Below, in pieces: positions 54,508 through 64,000 of a stretch of 64,000 nt of DNA. Position numbers and translations under genes: made by a program. The stretch is from a virus. Lineage: Duplodnaviria; Caudoviricetes. The stretch spans positions 1-64,000 of the IMG/VR virus record IMGVR_UViG_3300033475_000009. One strand, 5' to 3'. Within the stretch, counting starts at the first letter, position 1. The number at the start of each line of letters is the position of its first letter. A model generated the notes under the pieces. It was not told the DNA's origin. It saw only the letters and a list, made by a program, of their open reading frames with translations, and did not search any database.

Positions 54508-54792
54508 ATGTTATTAGATTTTAATAAAGACTTAAAAAGTCTAGATGGAATTAAAGGAGAAACTCCTATTAATTTAGGACAAGCTCTAGCTAATTTATTA
54601 GTAAATCAACCTAAAGGAGATGCTATTAAGTATTGGGGCTGGGCTTCAAAACTTTATAATAAAGAAGCTATTAATGTAGATGAATCTGATTACAATACTT
54701 TAAAAGATTTTATTAAAAATAATGAATCAGCTTATATTATATTTAAAGCTCAATTATTAGAAGTATTAGGAAGTGAATTTATTAAAGATTAA
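54508..54792 (+). CDS. hypothetical protein, possible fibre chaperone
   Basis: Small helical protein after the fibres. Confidence 0.5.
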   Translation: MLLDFNKDLKSLDGIKGETPINLGQALANLLVNQPKGDAIKYWGWASKLYNKEAINVDESDYNTLKDFIKNNESAYIIFKAQLLEVLGSEFIKD

Positions 54793-54795
54793 GTA

Positions 54796-55176
54796 ATGAT
54801 AATATCCTCTATTATATTTATTTTACTTCAATTAACTGTAGCTGGAGCTTCTACTATACAAATAGGTAATTTTATACTATTTATATTTAACACTTTATAT
54901 AGTATAATTATAACAGCTTTAGTTATACCTACATATAAGGAACATAAACTTATAATGAAAGACTATGAACAAAGAAATAGTCCTCAAGCTAAAATACTGG
55001 CTGATAGAGAAGCTGAAGTAATAAAGAAATATGGTAGTGATATAGCTGAAATAAAACATAGTTTAAATAATCTTACTAATCAATTACAAGTAGCTCTTAA
55101 GAGAAAAGAAGATGAACCTGAATGGGTAGATGTTCTTAAAGCTATAAATAAACTTAATGATAGATTAGATAATTAA
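54796..55176 (+). CDS. holin-like membrane protein
   Basis: Two N-terminal hydrophobic segments, coiled-coil C-terminus. Confidence 0.55.
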   Translation: MIISSIIFILLQLTVAGASTIQIGNFILFIFNTLYSIIITALVIPTYKEHKLIMKDYEQRNSPQAKILADREAEVIKKYGSDIAEIKHSLNNLTNQLQVALKRKEDEPEWVDVLKAINKLNDRLDN

Positions 55177-55202
55177 TTTATTTATTTTAAAATTATAAAT
55201 AG

Positions 55203-55436
55203 ATGAAAAAGTATAAACTTTATTTCTCTATATTTAATGCTGTACAAGAGACACAAAAAGAAATAACCAGACTACAAGTAGCTAATAAAACTCTTATGGC
55301 TGCTTTATTAGGTACTTCTTTTATTTCTGGTTCTCATATTAGTACATTTATAATAGCAGCTGTAGGAGCATCAATAGATTTTATACTTTCATGTTGTTGG
55401 TTAGAAGAGATAAATGGAATTCCTGAAAAACAATAG
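55203..55436 (+). CDS. small membrane protein, holin-like
   Basis: Two hydrophobic helices. Confidence 0.5.
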   Translation: MKKYKLYFSIFNAVQETQKEITRLQVANKTLMAALLGTSFISGSHISTFIIAAVGASIDFILSCCWLEEINGIPEKQ

Positions 55437-55695
55437 TCTTACTATAGTAGTTATTATACTATTACTAATAATTATCTTCTTAGATAATAGGCATAAACCT
55501 ATTAATTCTATAACTCCTATACTTAATAGAGATTCTATAGAATCTAGTATTAAAGAGCAGTATAGAGTTAAACTAGATAGTGCTATAAAAGACCATAATA
55601 CTAAAATAATTCAATTAAAAGCTAAAAATAAAAAGATTGAAAAAGATATTAATAATCTTGATAGTATTATTGGTCAACTTCCTGACTTTAAATAA
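55414..55695 (+). CDS. i-spanin-like protein
   Basis: N-terminal transmembrane helix + coiled coil; overlaps the next gene. Confidence 0.55.
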   Translation: MEFLKNNSLTIVVIILLLIIIFLDNRHKPINSITPILNRDSIESSIKEQYRVKLDSAIKDHNTKIIQLKAKNKKIEKDINNLDSIIGQLPDFK

Positions 55696-56038
55696 AAGTG
55701 TTGCTCAAATTTTTTTAGATAGCAACACTCAACAGGTATATATGCCTAAAACTATCTATAAGGCTATTAGGAGTAAGCTTATATTAAAGGATAGTATTAT
55801 TAGTATACAAAAAGAAATAATAGCTCAGAAAGACTCCATAATTGAAATAGATAGTCTAGAATCTTTAAGCTATAAAACTGAATTATTACAAAAGAATTTT
55901 ACTATAGATACTTTAGCTACTAACTATAATAAACTACAAAAAGACTATAATAAAGAAAAAACCTCTGTAATATCTAACTTTAAATTATGGTTAGGTATTA
56001 CAGTAGGTCTTGTATTTGGAGTACTAATAGCTAATTAA
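55637..56038 (+). CDS. spanin-like protein
   Basis: Signal peptide ending A-Q, coiled coil, C-terminal transmembrane segment. Confidence 0.5.
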   Translation: MKKILIILIVLLVNFLTLNKSVAQIFLDSNTQQVYMPKTIYKAIRSKLILKDSIISIQKEIIAQKDSIIEIDSLESLSYKTELLQKNFTIDTLATNYNKLQKDYNKEKTSVISNFKLWLGITVGLVFGVLIAN

Positions 56039-56040
56039 CA

Positions 56041-56382
56041 CTATTTTCTTCTTGCTCTATCTCTTTTATTATACTTTTTTTGATACTTAATAGTACTTAC
56101 TCTTCTAAGTTTTATATTAGTATCTCTATAATCTTTTGCCATAGCAAATACTAATAATTGGGTAGTTAGTTTCTCCCTAAGTTGAGGAATTGTATACTTT
56201 GTTTTATATTCTCTTATACTTTCTTCAAAAGAACCAGCCTCTATTTTATAAAGCATATAATCTATATGAGTTAATTGTTTAGAAAAATAATGCATTATTT
56301 CTCTTTCCTGATTAATTAACTCTCTAGATTCTAATGTATATAATTCTGTACTTAAACAGCTTCTACCTCCAGTATAACTCAT
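56041..56382 (-). CDS. hypothetical protein
   Basis: ORF track. Confidence 0.6.
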   Translation of the reverse strand: MSYTGGRSCLSTELYTLESRELINQEREIMHYFSKQLTHIDYMLYKIEAGSFEESIREYKTKYTIPQLREKLTTQLLVFAMAKDYRDTNIKLRRVSTIKYQKKYNKRDRARRK

Positions 56383-56395
56383 TTATAATAATTAT

Positions 56396-56860
56396 TTAAA
56401 ATCCAGCTTCACTAAACTTACTAGTTATTATTTTCTTATATTTAATACCATATTTACTAGCTTTTAAGGTATTATCTCTAGGCTCTAATACTTTTATTAA
56501 AACTTCTTCTAAAGTACATACATCTTCTATACTTTTACATAATACTACTTTAATAAGATATTTAGATAAATCTAATCCATGATAAGTGATTCTAGCAATT
56601 CCATTACTAGTTTTATCAGATCTTAAATCTATCCATTTTTGAAAATGTCTATATAGAGTTTTCTTAACATCTGTTTTACTTCTACCTATATATACTACTA
56701 TATCATTTTCTTTAATAAGATATACTCCTGGTCCTGTATAAGATAGAGAACAAATTCTTTTATTATTCTCTATCTTATATGGAGGAAACCATTTACTATA
56801 AATTCTATCCCTCTTTGGCATATTCTCTAATATAGTATTTAAGAAGTTTCTCACAATCAT
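56396..56860 (-). CDS. GIY-YIG family nuclease
   Basis: GPGVYLIKENDIVVYIGRS...LYRHF...LEEVLIKVLEPRDN. Confidence 0.8.
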   Translation of the reverse strand: MIVRNFLNTILENMPKRDRIYSKWFPPYKIENNKRICSLSYTGPGVYLIKENDIVVYIGRSKTDVKKTLYRHFQKWIDLRSDKTSNGIARITYHGLDLSKYLIKVVLCKSIEDVCTLEEVLIKVLEPRDNTLKASKYGIKYKKIITSKFSEAGF

Positions 56861-57044
56861 CTGAATTAAACTCTTCTCTTAAATATTCTTCAAACTGTAA
56901 TAGATTACTAAAATTTAAAGCTTCTCTAATTTGATCTTCAGTAAAAGATATAAACCTACTTTTGCTATAAAAATAGTAATCTATATTTACTGAATTCTCA
57001 TTAGTAATAGTATAATCTTCAATAGTAAATTCTTTCATATACAA
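56805..57044 (-). CDS. hypothetical protein
   Basis: ORF track. Confidence 0.5.
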   Translation of the reverse strand: MYMKEFTIEDYTITNENSVNIDYYFYSKSRFISFTEDQIREALNFSNLLQFEEYLREEFNSDDCEKLLKYYIREYAKEG

Positions 57045-57232
57045 GTTATTAATAAAGTACCTTTAAATTCTTCAAAGTTATTATGTCCTATTGTTACAAA
57101 TTCTACCTTACCAGTATGTTTTCTTTTTATAGGATTATATAAAATAATACCTCTACTAAAATAAGGAGTATATTCTATTAATATAAATAATTCTCCAGTT
57201 TCTATATTTCTATATATTTTACCTTCTTTCAT
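57035..57232 (-). CDS. hypothetical protein
   Basis: ORF track. Confidence 0.55.
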   Translation of the reverse strand: MKEGKIYRNIETGELFILIEYTPYFSRGIILYNPIKRKHTGKVEFVTIGHNNFEEFKGTLLITCI

Positions 57233-57346
57233 TTATTTATCTTTTTCTATAAACATAATAGTTAAGCATATTATTATCCATATACCTACAAATAAAGAAG
57301 TCCAAGGATATTCATTAATTATTTGAAATATTTCTTTTAGCCACAT
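57233..57346 (-). CDS. 37-aa membrane peptide
   Basis: Manual translation MWLKEIFQIINEYPWTSLFVGIWIIICLTIMFIEKDK; abuts both neighbours. Confidence 0.55.
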   Translation of the reverse strand: MWLKEIFQIINEYPWTSLFVGIWIIICLTIMFIEKDK

Positions 57347-57347
57347 A

Positions 57348-57515
57348 TTATTTTAGATTATCTAATTCTTCTTGAACTCTATTAAGTTCATTTTCACAAT
57401 TTTCTAATTCCTTAGTAAGATTTATAATAGCATCTCTCAAATTAGAATTTTCTTCTTCTAACTCTTCTATCTTATTAACAATAGAATCTACTATTTTTTG
57501 ACTATCTAAATTCAT
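57348..57515 (-). CDS. 55-aa coiled-coil protein
   Basis: Manual translation MNLDSQKIVDSIVNKIEELEEENSNLRDAIINLTKELENCENELNRVQEELDNLK. Confidence 0.6.
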   Translation of the reverse strand: MNLDSQKIVDSIVNKIEELEEENSNLRDAIINLTKELENCENELNRVQEELDNLK

Positions 57516-58024
57516 ATCTCTAGTTTATAATTATTACTAATACTAAATGTCTCTTCTATTTCATCAGGTATAGGAAATACTTCATTAATATCTTCTATCT
57601 TTACATCAAATTTATCTGCTAATGCTTTTCTATCTTCAGGAAGAGAGTTAAGAATTTTATTTAATTCTCCTTTCTTTATTTTATAAGTTTTTAATAATAC
57701 TTCTTTAAACCTAGTACTAAAACTATTATACTTACCATTATAAAATAATTTAAAGTCATCTGTATATTCATTAGGAATTTTAAATATATATACTTTGAAT
57801 CCATCTACATCATAATTAGTTATATAAAATCTACTTCTACTAATAATATTATTAGTATCAATAGAAATGTCTTTATATACTACATATATTCTTTCGTCAT
57901 TATTAAATATAGTTTTATAGTATACATTATAAAAATTAGAAAATGCATTTAGATTTATATCTAACATTGGTAATAGAAAGATAGCTGATTTATTATATTG
58001 TTTATCTTTACTTTCTATAATCAT
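57512..58024 (-). CDS. conserved phage hypothetical protein
   Basis: KSAIFLLPML, FYNGKYNSFS motifs. Confidence 0.6.
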   Translation of the reverse strand: MIIESKDKQYNKSAIFLLPMLDINLNAFSNFYNVYYKTIFNNDERIYVVYKDISIDTNNIISRSRFYITNYDVDGFKVYIFKIPNEYTDDFKLFYNGKYNSFSTRFKEVLLKTYKIKKGELNKILNSLPEDRKALADKFDVKIEDINEVFPIPDEIEETFSISNNYKLEI

Positions 58025-58977
58025 AAACTTATTATTTTTCTATACTCTATATATTTTGACTTATCTAAAGTCCAATTATTACTTATAATACAATATTCTA
58101 AATCAGTTAAAGCATTAGTCCATTTATTATAGGCTATATCTTCATCTTTTGAATGTATTTCTACAAAATCTATTATATTAAAAGGATAACTAGTTCTTTG
58201 AGGTATAAATACAAATTTAATATTACTATAAGGTATAATTATTCCAAATCTTTCTTCTATCCATGACTGTACAGCTAATTTATAGAAGCTCTGCTGTATA
58301 TCATATCCATACTTCTTAATAGAATAAATAAATTCAGATAAATTATAAACACTACAGGTTTTTAAGTCTTCTATATACACTTCAGTAAAATTAGGACTAA
58401 TATAAATACAGTCGATCTTTGCTTTAAGTAGTAAATTAGTAAAATTACTTCTCCAGAAAATAATTTGTTCTCTATAAATGGACCACTCCTTATTTCTAGC
58501 CATCTCTAAAATATGATTATCTCTTTGATAAATCATTTTCATAGAATTAGCAGTACTAAACCATTCCTGAGATATTATTTGCTTACCAGAAGCTTCTAAT
58601 AAAGAATTATAATAGTTTTTATATAAAGCTGCTTTAGTACCATTTTCAAAGTCTTCCTTAACCCTACTATGAGATATTTTAAATCCTGAATTAGTATAAG
58701 CTTCTTCAGGTGTCATAGTAATAAGGTATTTAATATAATCTCCCATCATACCACCTATCATAGATGAATCAGGTATAGAAATATATTCTCTATCTACCAA
58801 ATAATTTTCATAATATACTGTATGACAGAATCTACCAAAAGACATATCTTCAGTATCTTGGTGAGGTATATTTTTATCTATATAAAGACCTTTATAAAGA
58901 TATTTATCTTTAATAAAAGTTTTTATCATAGATTGACTAATTCCTTCTTCTTGATAATAATTACTCATTAGCTTCAA
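58021..58977 (-). CDS. PD-(D/E)XK exonuclease (RecE/DUF3799-like)
   Basis: ISQSMIK, FGRFCH, LLKAKID, IEDLKT, YGYDIQQSFY. Confidence 0.85.
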   Translation of the reverse strand: MKLMSNYYQEEGISQSMIKTFIKDKYLYKGLYIDKNIPHQDTEDMSFGRFCHTVYYENYLVDREYISIPDSSMIGGMMGDYIKYLITMTPEEAYTNSGFKISHSRVKEDFENGTKAALYKNYYNSLLEASGKQIISQEWFSTANSMKMIYQRDNHILEMARNKEWSIYREQIIFWRSNFTNLLLKAKIDCIYISPNFTEVYIEDLKTCSVYNLSEFIYSIKKYGYDIQQSFYKLAVQSWIEERFGIIIPYSNIKFVFIPQRTSYPFNIIDFVEIHSKDEDIAYNKWTNALTDLEYCIISNNWTLDKSKYIEYRKIISL

Positions 58978-59377
58978 CTATTTCTTTAAGATCAGGTATA
59001 TTTTCTTCTTCTATTGTTCTAAACTTAATACTAAGTTCCATAATATTAAAATTTAAATCTATATTATCGGTTATCTTATTCATAGGATTATAATCTATTA
59101 TTATAGTAAATAAATATTTTCTATCAAAAAAGAATCTTTCTTTTATTATAGTATAAGGATCTCCAGCTAATATAGCTGAAGCAATTCTTTTAGATTCTTT
59201 CCTGAGAATAGTTTCAAATTGACTATCCCTAAGATCTAATTTATTTTTTAATTTATCTGTAACTAATTTATTTTTAGTTACAATTATATTACTAAATAGA
59301 AGATTTATTTTCTCAGATAGGTGAGCATTAACTACTCCTTCTACTGTAATAGGGCTTTTTGTTTCTTTATTACTCAT
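58961..59377 (-). CDS. hypothetical protein
   Basis: ORF track. Confidence 0.55.
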   Translation of the reverse strand: MSNKETKSPITVEGVVNAHLSEKINLLFSNIIVTKNKLVTDKLKNKLDLRDSQFETILRKESKRIASAILAGDPYTIIKERFFFDRKYLFTIIIDYNPMNKITDNIDLNFNIMELSIKFRTIEEENIPDLKEIVEANE

Positions 59378-59954
59378 TATATACTATTTTACTTATATGA
59401 AATTCCATCTTTTCTTTATGTCTTGGAGTAGGTATCCATTCAGTACCTCCTGAAGCTCTTATATACTCTACTGAATCATCAGGTATAATATTCTTTTTAA
59501 CTAATAAATCAGTAAATACCTTAAAATAAATCGGACCTTTGTTATCAATGTCCACCGGCATCTCGTTAGAATATATAAATAATTGCAATCTTAAAGGAAA
59601 CTCGGTAATAGGTTCTATATTAATCCAATCATCTAAATGGGCTTTTATAATGTTCATATAATTAGATCTTTGTATTGGTTTAATATAGCCATTATATATA
59701 GATTGAAAATTAATAACCCAATATCTTTCTTTACCAACTATTATAGGATTAGAAATTATTTTTTCTTCTGTAAGTACGTTTATTAGTATACCTTGATTAT
59801 TAAAAGTATAATTATTATTATTATATTTTTTTGGAAGAGACTTACCATTAATATTAAATGGTTTATATTTAGATTTTAGATAATATTTAGGTCTAATTTT
59901 TTGACTTATTGTTATCTTATCTAGATAAGGCATCTGTATTATTATCTTTTCCAT
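59370..59954 (-). CDS. RusA-like Holliday junction resolvase
   Basis: DIDN...KVFTDLL...IIPDD acidic triad. Confidence 0.75.
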   Translation of the reverse strand: MEKIIIQMPYLDKITISQKIRPKYYLKSKYKPFNINGKSLPKKYNNNNYTFNNQGILINVLTEEKIISNPIIVGKERYWVINFQSIYNGYIKPIQRSNYMNIIKAHLDDWINIEPITEFPLRLQLFIYSNEMPVDIDNKGPIYFKVFTDLLVKKNIIPDDSVEYIRASGGTEWIPTPRHKEKMEFHISKIVYNE

Positions 59955-60699
59955 TATTAATCATTAAACTATTTAAAAATCCTTCTTTTACATCTACTAA
60001 CCAATTATTATAATCTCTAATAGTATTAAACTTAGGTATATTAAGAGTTTTAGATATTTCAGCTTCTATAGAATCTACGAATATAGTAGGAATACTATAG
60101 TCTTTAATTAGCTTAGTTATCTTATTATAAGTTATTAACTCGTTACCTAAACATCTATTCTTACCATCTTTTATAGCTAATATATAGAAACAATCAAATT
60201 CTGGTTCTACTTTAGCTAATATACAAAGTTTAATATAATAAATATATTCTGGTTTAATACAACATAAATATATAAATCCATTATCATTACCTAAAGTATA
60301 AAAAGATAATATACCAAAAGAAGATCTATGTAATGAATTACTTAAACAAGTAATCATTTGTGATAAATATTTAAGACTAGTATAAGTATTAGCTATAAAT
60401 ATATTATTAGTTCTATAATTAGATAAAAAAGTATTTAAGTTAGCTTTATTAAATTTATCTATTTCTACAAAACTACTTAAATTATAATATTTTTTATTTA
60501 TAGTAATATTATTGATTACACTAGATTCAAAATAAAAAGTATCTTCTATTAAGTTAGTAAAGTCTAATAATTTAAATACAGGATAATGTTTATTAAGATC
60601 CAAATAATAATTTAAATCTGGAAAATCTTGATTTATTTTAGAACTTATAAAACTTTTATCTATGGATATTAGCATATTGTTGTCTTGTATAGTTTTCAA
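59917..60699 (-). CDS. hypothetical protein downstream of E1
   Basis: ORF track; true start probably the second Met. Confidence 0.6.
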   Translation of the reverse strand: MKTIQDNNMLISIDKSFISSKINQDFPDLNYYLDLNKHYPVFKLLDFTNLIEDTFYFESSVINNITINKKYYNLSSFVEIDKFNKANLNTFLSNYRTNNIFIANTYTSLKYLSQMITCLSNSLHRSSFGILSFYTLGNDNGFIYLCCIKPEYIYYIKLCILAKVEPEFDCFYILAIKDGKNRCLGNELITYNKITKLIKDYSIPTIFVDSIEAEISKTLNIPKFNTIRDYNNWLVDVKEGFLNSLMINNGKDNNTDALSR

Positions 60700-61213
60700 A
60701 TAACATCATAGGACTATTAAATGTAGTAGCAAAAGGTATTTCTCTAATATCTATACCTTTCATTTTATTAGCTACAAAGTTTAAAAATCCTATAGATATA
60801 ATACTAGCTATCATAGTACCTGTTTGACAAGTAGCTTTAAAACTACAAGGAGCATCAGGTACTTCTATATCTTCAAATAAAGTAGTCTTATATAGTTCTG
60901 CATCAGCTTTGTTTTTAATAAAGAATACTTGCATAGATTCAATATTCATTCTACTATCAATGAAAATATTTATTTCATTAGGATTTGCTTCTCTATATTC
61001 AGGTGTTTTAGATAACTGATAAGAATACCATTTATCAAATAATATTTTTCTAGCATTCATATTATCAAAGCAACTAAATACAATATTATCTATAGGAGAA
61101 TCTTCATCAAATCTACCTAAAGCAGTATAAGTACTATTACCATATTCTAAAGCAATTTCTTTAGCTTTCTGAGCTTTATTCTTACCTATATCTTTTATAC
61201 CATACATTTGACT
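60656..61213 (-). CDS. ThiF/E1-like adenylating enzyme, exon 2
   Basis: SQMYGIKDIGKNK, FSCFDNMNARK, IDSRM, PCSFKAT. Confidence 0.88.
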   Translation of the reverse strand, partial: SQMYGIKDIGKNKAQKAKEIALEYGNSTYTALGRFDEDSPIDNIVFSCFDNMNARKILFDKWYSYQLSKTPEYREANPNEINIFIDSRMNIESMQVFFIKNKADAELYKTTLFEDIEVPDAPCSFKATCQTGTMIASIISIGFLNFVANKMKGIDIREIPFATTFNSPMMLFENYTRQQYANIHR

Positions 61214-61459
61214 CAAATGTATAAACATATATACTTTCATATATAACTGGACTATACCTTAATCCTATAAGGATTCCCATTGGTAGTCTCTGAGAGCTTA
61301 TCCTTTTTATAAGAATCTATCTCTGCTGATTGTCCAATCTTTTAAATTTTTAGATATTTTATACATTACTATATAAAATTACTATTAAAAGCTCTAAGGA
61401 GTTTCCAGCATATTCTGGGTTTGCTAATTAAATCACTTTAATTAGGGGCAGTCAACTTT
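61214..61459 (-). mobile_element. group I self-splicing intron (246 nt, no ORF)
   Basis: 5' exon ends in U, intron ends in G; P ATGCTGGAAA, Q AATCAGCAG, R TCAGAGACTA, S AAGGTATAGTCC; P1 GGGU/GCCC; P10 UUGACU/AGUCAA; splicing restores the frame. Confidence 0.93.
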
Positions 61460-61642
61460 ACCCACATTAACAGTATCAATAGTATCAAAGTCATATAAAT
61501 AAGTATCATATCCTTGTCTACTTAGTATATAAGATAGATGGCTACCTATTCCTCCTAGTCCTGCTATAATAACTGATAAATTAGGATTAAAAAAAGGAGC
61601 GTCTTTAAAACGCTCCTGTGTTTGTTTAGCTTTTATTTCCAT
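61460..61642 (-). CDS. ThiF/E1-like adenylating enzyme, exon 1
   Basis: IIAGLGGIGS Rossmann motif; LYDFDTIDTVNVG. Confidence 0.88.
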
Positions 61643-62754
61643 TCTTCTGTAATTTCTTGTTTAATTACATCTATTGTATCTTTAATAATGTCTTTAATAG
61701 CTACTTCACTTGGATGTTCTCCCATCATTATTTGAATATGATTTCTAATTTCAAATAATTCAGTAGGGGTAGTATTTTCTCCAAATATTTTATAAAAAAC
61801 ATCTTCAGCAATAGCTTCTATATATTCTTTATATTGCTCTATTACTGACATACCTATTTCTTCATTCCAACTATCTTTAGCTTGAGAAAGTGTTAATAAC
61901 TCACACTCTACACAATCTTCATCCTGCATAATTAAACTAATTAGAAAGTCAGCAGATTTGCCTTTAAGATCTCTCTTTTTACCATTATAAGTATCATATT
62001 TATTTAAAGATTTATTAAAGGATTGTTGATTTTGTGAAACTTGCCATTTATAATTAGGTTGATAAGAAGTATTATAATTCAAATTTAAACTTAGTTGTTT
62101 AGCTTCTTCTTTAGCTATCTTAGCTTGAGTAAGTTTATTAAATTCTTCATCTACGTCATTCTGTATATTTATAATACAATCATAGGTATAGATCACTTCT
62201 ACTTTCTCTACTACAGCTACTTTCTCTACATACCCTTTTTTGAATTTATAGCTATATTTAACGTTACCTTCTTTGAAACCATGTAAAGATACTTTAGCTA
62301 TACAATCTCCTTGTATATTCACTATAACTGATAAAAAATAAGGATAATCCTGAGCTTTCTCTAATAGAGTATCCCAATCTGTGCCAGAAAAGAATACCTT
62401 CATATTATTGTGAGTATGTAGTAAACCTTGTTTTAATTCCATTAACTGAGGTCTTTTATCAAACATTTCTACTACTTGCTCTCCTGTAGGATCTATTTCT
62501 GTAAAAGCTGCTGTTCCTAAATCCATTAATACAAATTCTTCTACATTAAGAATTAAATTATCAGGATCTTCTATACTGCCTTCAGGTCTAAAGTATATAT
62601 AACCTGAATACTCTTCTTTATACTTAGCATGTAAGTAATGAATATCAGACCATATTTTCTGAGGTATATTAACTTTAATCTTTTCACTACATTCAATTTT
62701 GTTCTTTGTCGATGTAGTAGTCATAGACTCTGAAAAGGATGTATTTTTTTGCAT
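61633..62754 (-). CDS. JAB/MPN metallo-isopeptidase
   Basis: EYSG ... HTHNNMKVFFSGTD (E-HxH-x7-SxxD); probable start 62724. Confidence 0.88.
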   Translation of the reverse strand: MQKNTSFSESMTTTSTKNKIECSEKIKVNIPQKIWSDIHYLHAKYKEEYSGYIYFRPEGSIEDPDNLILNVEEFVLMDLGTAAFTEIDPTGEQVVEMFDKRPQLMELKQGLLHTHNNMKVFFSGTDWDTLLEKAQDYPYFLSVIVNIQGDCIAKVSLHGFKEGNVKYSYKFKKGYVEKVAVVEKVEVIYTYDCIINIQNDVDEEFNKLTQAKIAKEEAKQLSLNLNYNTSYQPNYKWQVSQNQQSFNKSLNKYDTYNGKKRDLKGKSADFLISLIMQDEDCVECELLTLSQAKDSWNEEIGMSVIEQYKEYIEAIAEDVFYKIFGENTTPTELFEIRNHIQIMMGEHPSEVAIKDIIKDTIDVIKQEITEEWK

Positions 62755-64000
62755 ATTCTGTTATATTAGGATGTACTACTTTTTTAAAATTAGTATTTTC
62801 ACTACTAACTATATTTTCTATTTCTAAAAAAACTTTCTTATTACCTAAAGTACATAAAGGTTTTATATATTCAGATTCTAAAGGCTCTATATTATTATTA
62901 AGTTTAAAATATTGATTAAGCTCTGTATCTTTATAACAAAACTGTTTATATATAGTAGGGAAATTTAAAGCTAACTCAGTAATAGAATCTTCTAATAAAT
63001 TAAAATCTAAACTAAAGTTATTATTAATCTTATCAAAAGTTAAGTTAATATTAACTTCATTATTAGCTATAGCTTCTGAAATTATTTTCTTTCCATTATT
63101 TTCTATACTATAATTATCTATAGATCTTTTTACTAATAATTGATCTATTCTTCTATGAGGACCACCTTCTATTGATTCCCAGCCTACATATATAGATAAA
63201 GTAGCAAAGAATATTTCATAATCTATTATATTATAATCTCTATATAACTTTCCTTTTAACTCTACTAATGGGCCTGATCCTAAACAGAAAGTATTTATAG
63301 AAAAATCATTATTATTAGGTAAATGAGAATGATGGTATTTATTATGTTTTTCTATATTAGTAAGCTTACTTCTAAAACCAAATGGACCTCTTAGTAATTT
63401 ACCTTGTGTATTAATAGTAATACCTACATATAAATCTTTTATTGTATGGTTAATTTTATCGGCATTAGTAATATTTATTTCTGGAAATTTAATAATTAAA
63501 ACTAGTGGAGCATTAAAGAAATCTAATTCACTATAATAAGTTCTTCTAGTTTGGCAATTTAAATCAAAAGTTTCACTAGTATTCTGTAACCACCAATTAC
63601 CTGGATAGAATTTATCTATAGATTCTTTAAATTCTTTATAAAAAGATAAAGATTCAATATCTATCTTATTATATTTTCTTCTTTGCCATACACCATTAAT
63701 TATAGCAAATCCATTAGAGAGAGCTACTTCTGTATTTATAAAATAATATACAACTTCTCCCTCTTCTACTATTTTTATTAGATTTTTTGTATCATCTGCT
63801 ACACTTACTGTATCTTCAGAATCTATATACGCCTCTACTATTCTATGAATATCTTCATATCTATTATTATAACTAACATAATAATATTCATATCTAGAAA
63901 CCCAATAATTTCTATGGCTTACAAATTCATATTCTGAACTAGCTTCTACAAAACTACCATCTCTTAATTGTATAAGATCTTTAGCTACACTTTCTTCTAC
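62693..64000 (-). CDS. prokaryotic E2-like protein (5' end outside the window)
   Basis: Manual translation of 435 open codons: IKFPEINITN..HTIKDLYV, YHHSHLP, FCLGSGP (Cys 63284-63286), WESIEGGP. Confidence 0.8.
   Translation of the reverse strand, partial: VEESVAKDLIQLRDGSFVEASSEYEFVSHRNYWVSRYEYYYVSYNNRYEDIHRIVEAYIDSEDTVSVADDTKNLIKIVEEGEVVYYFINTEVALSNGFAIINGVWQRRKYNKIDIESLSFYKEFKESIDKFYPGNWWLQNTSETFDLNCQTRRTYYSELDFFNAPLVLIIKFPEINITNADKINHTIKDLYVGITINTQGKLLRGPFGFRSKLTNIEKHNKYHHSHLPNNNDFSINTFCLGSGPLVELKGKLYRDYNIIDYEIFFATLSIYVGWESIEGGPHRRIDQLLVKRSIDNYSIENNGKKIISEAIANNEVNINLTFDKINNNFSLDFNLLEDSITELALNFPTIYKQFCYKDTELNQYFKLNNNIEPLESEYIKPLCTLGNKKVFLEIENIVSSENTNFKKVVHPNITEYAKKYILFRVYDYYIDKEQN

Noticed and set aside
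7870-62286. Antisense ORFs in the track (7870, 9119, 13399, 16259, 22027, 34303, 35886, 41475, 44973, 49396, 52393, 52753, 62095)
   Set aside because: They lie wholly opposite well-supported genes and have low-complexity shadow-frame composition.
1-64000. Genome-wide TAG recoding (known in some crAss-like phages)
   Set aside because: TAG ends TerL, ORF 21811, ORF 47408 and others at sensible positions, large genes have no in-frame TAG, and there is no conventional CUA tRNA.
1-64000. CRISPR array, integrase, endolysin
   Set aside because: No repeat-spacer series and no recognisable recombinase or peptidoglycan hydrolase motifs in this window.

Overview
AT-rich segment of a crAss-like (Crassvirales-type) phage genome. 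A Bacteroidota host is inferred from TAnnTTTG promoters and signal peptides cleaved before Gln. Layout: small minus-strand accessory genes (1-4.9 kb); a dense + strand tRNA locus (4.9-8.75 kb: 23 standard tRNAs, 1 tRNA with a giant variable arm, 2 circularly permuted tRNA-like RNAs, 2 HNH genes); a + strand virion module (TerL, portal, scaffold, MCP, ring/tail proteins, three large cargo proteins including a 3513-aa virion RNA polymerase, fibres, lysis genes; 9-56 kb); and a converging minus-strand module (PD-(D/E)XK exonuclease, RusA-like resolvase, and a prokaryotic E2-JAB-E1 cassette whose E1 gene is split by a 246-nt group I intron). Main finding: the tRNA locus is divided into four arrays, each preceded by a short leader ORF, an antiterminator and an intrinsic terminator. 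Each leader carries a run of codons for the amino acids of the tRNAs in its own array: KNNNGKDW -> Trp/Gly/Asn/Asp/Lys; LSLYSLCSYLLY -> Leu/Leu/Tyr/Ser/Ser/Cys; IIIAIIRIAVR -> Ala/Ile/Arg/Arg/Val/Ile; TIFTPFTQEHQF -> His/Glu/Thr/Phe/Gln. This looks like a four-channel ribosome-stalling attenuation system that transcribes phage tRNAs on demand when the matching tRNAs are depleted. All family assignments come from motif recognition by eye; no searches or folding programs were run.
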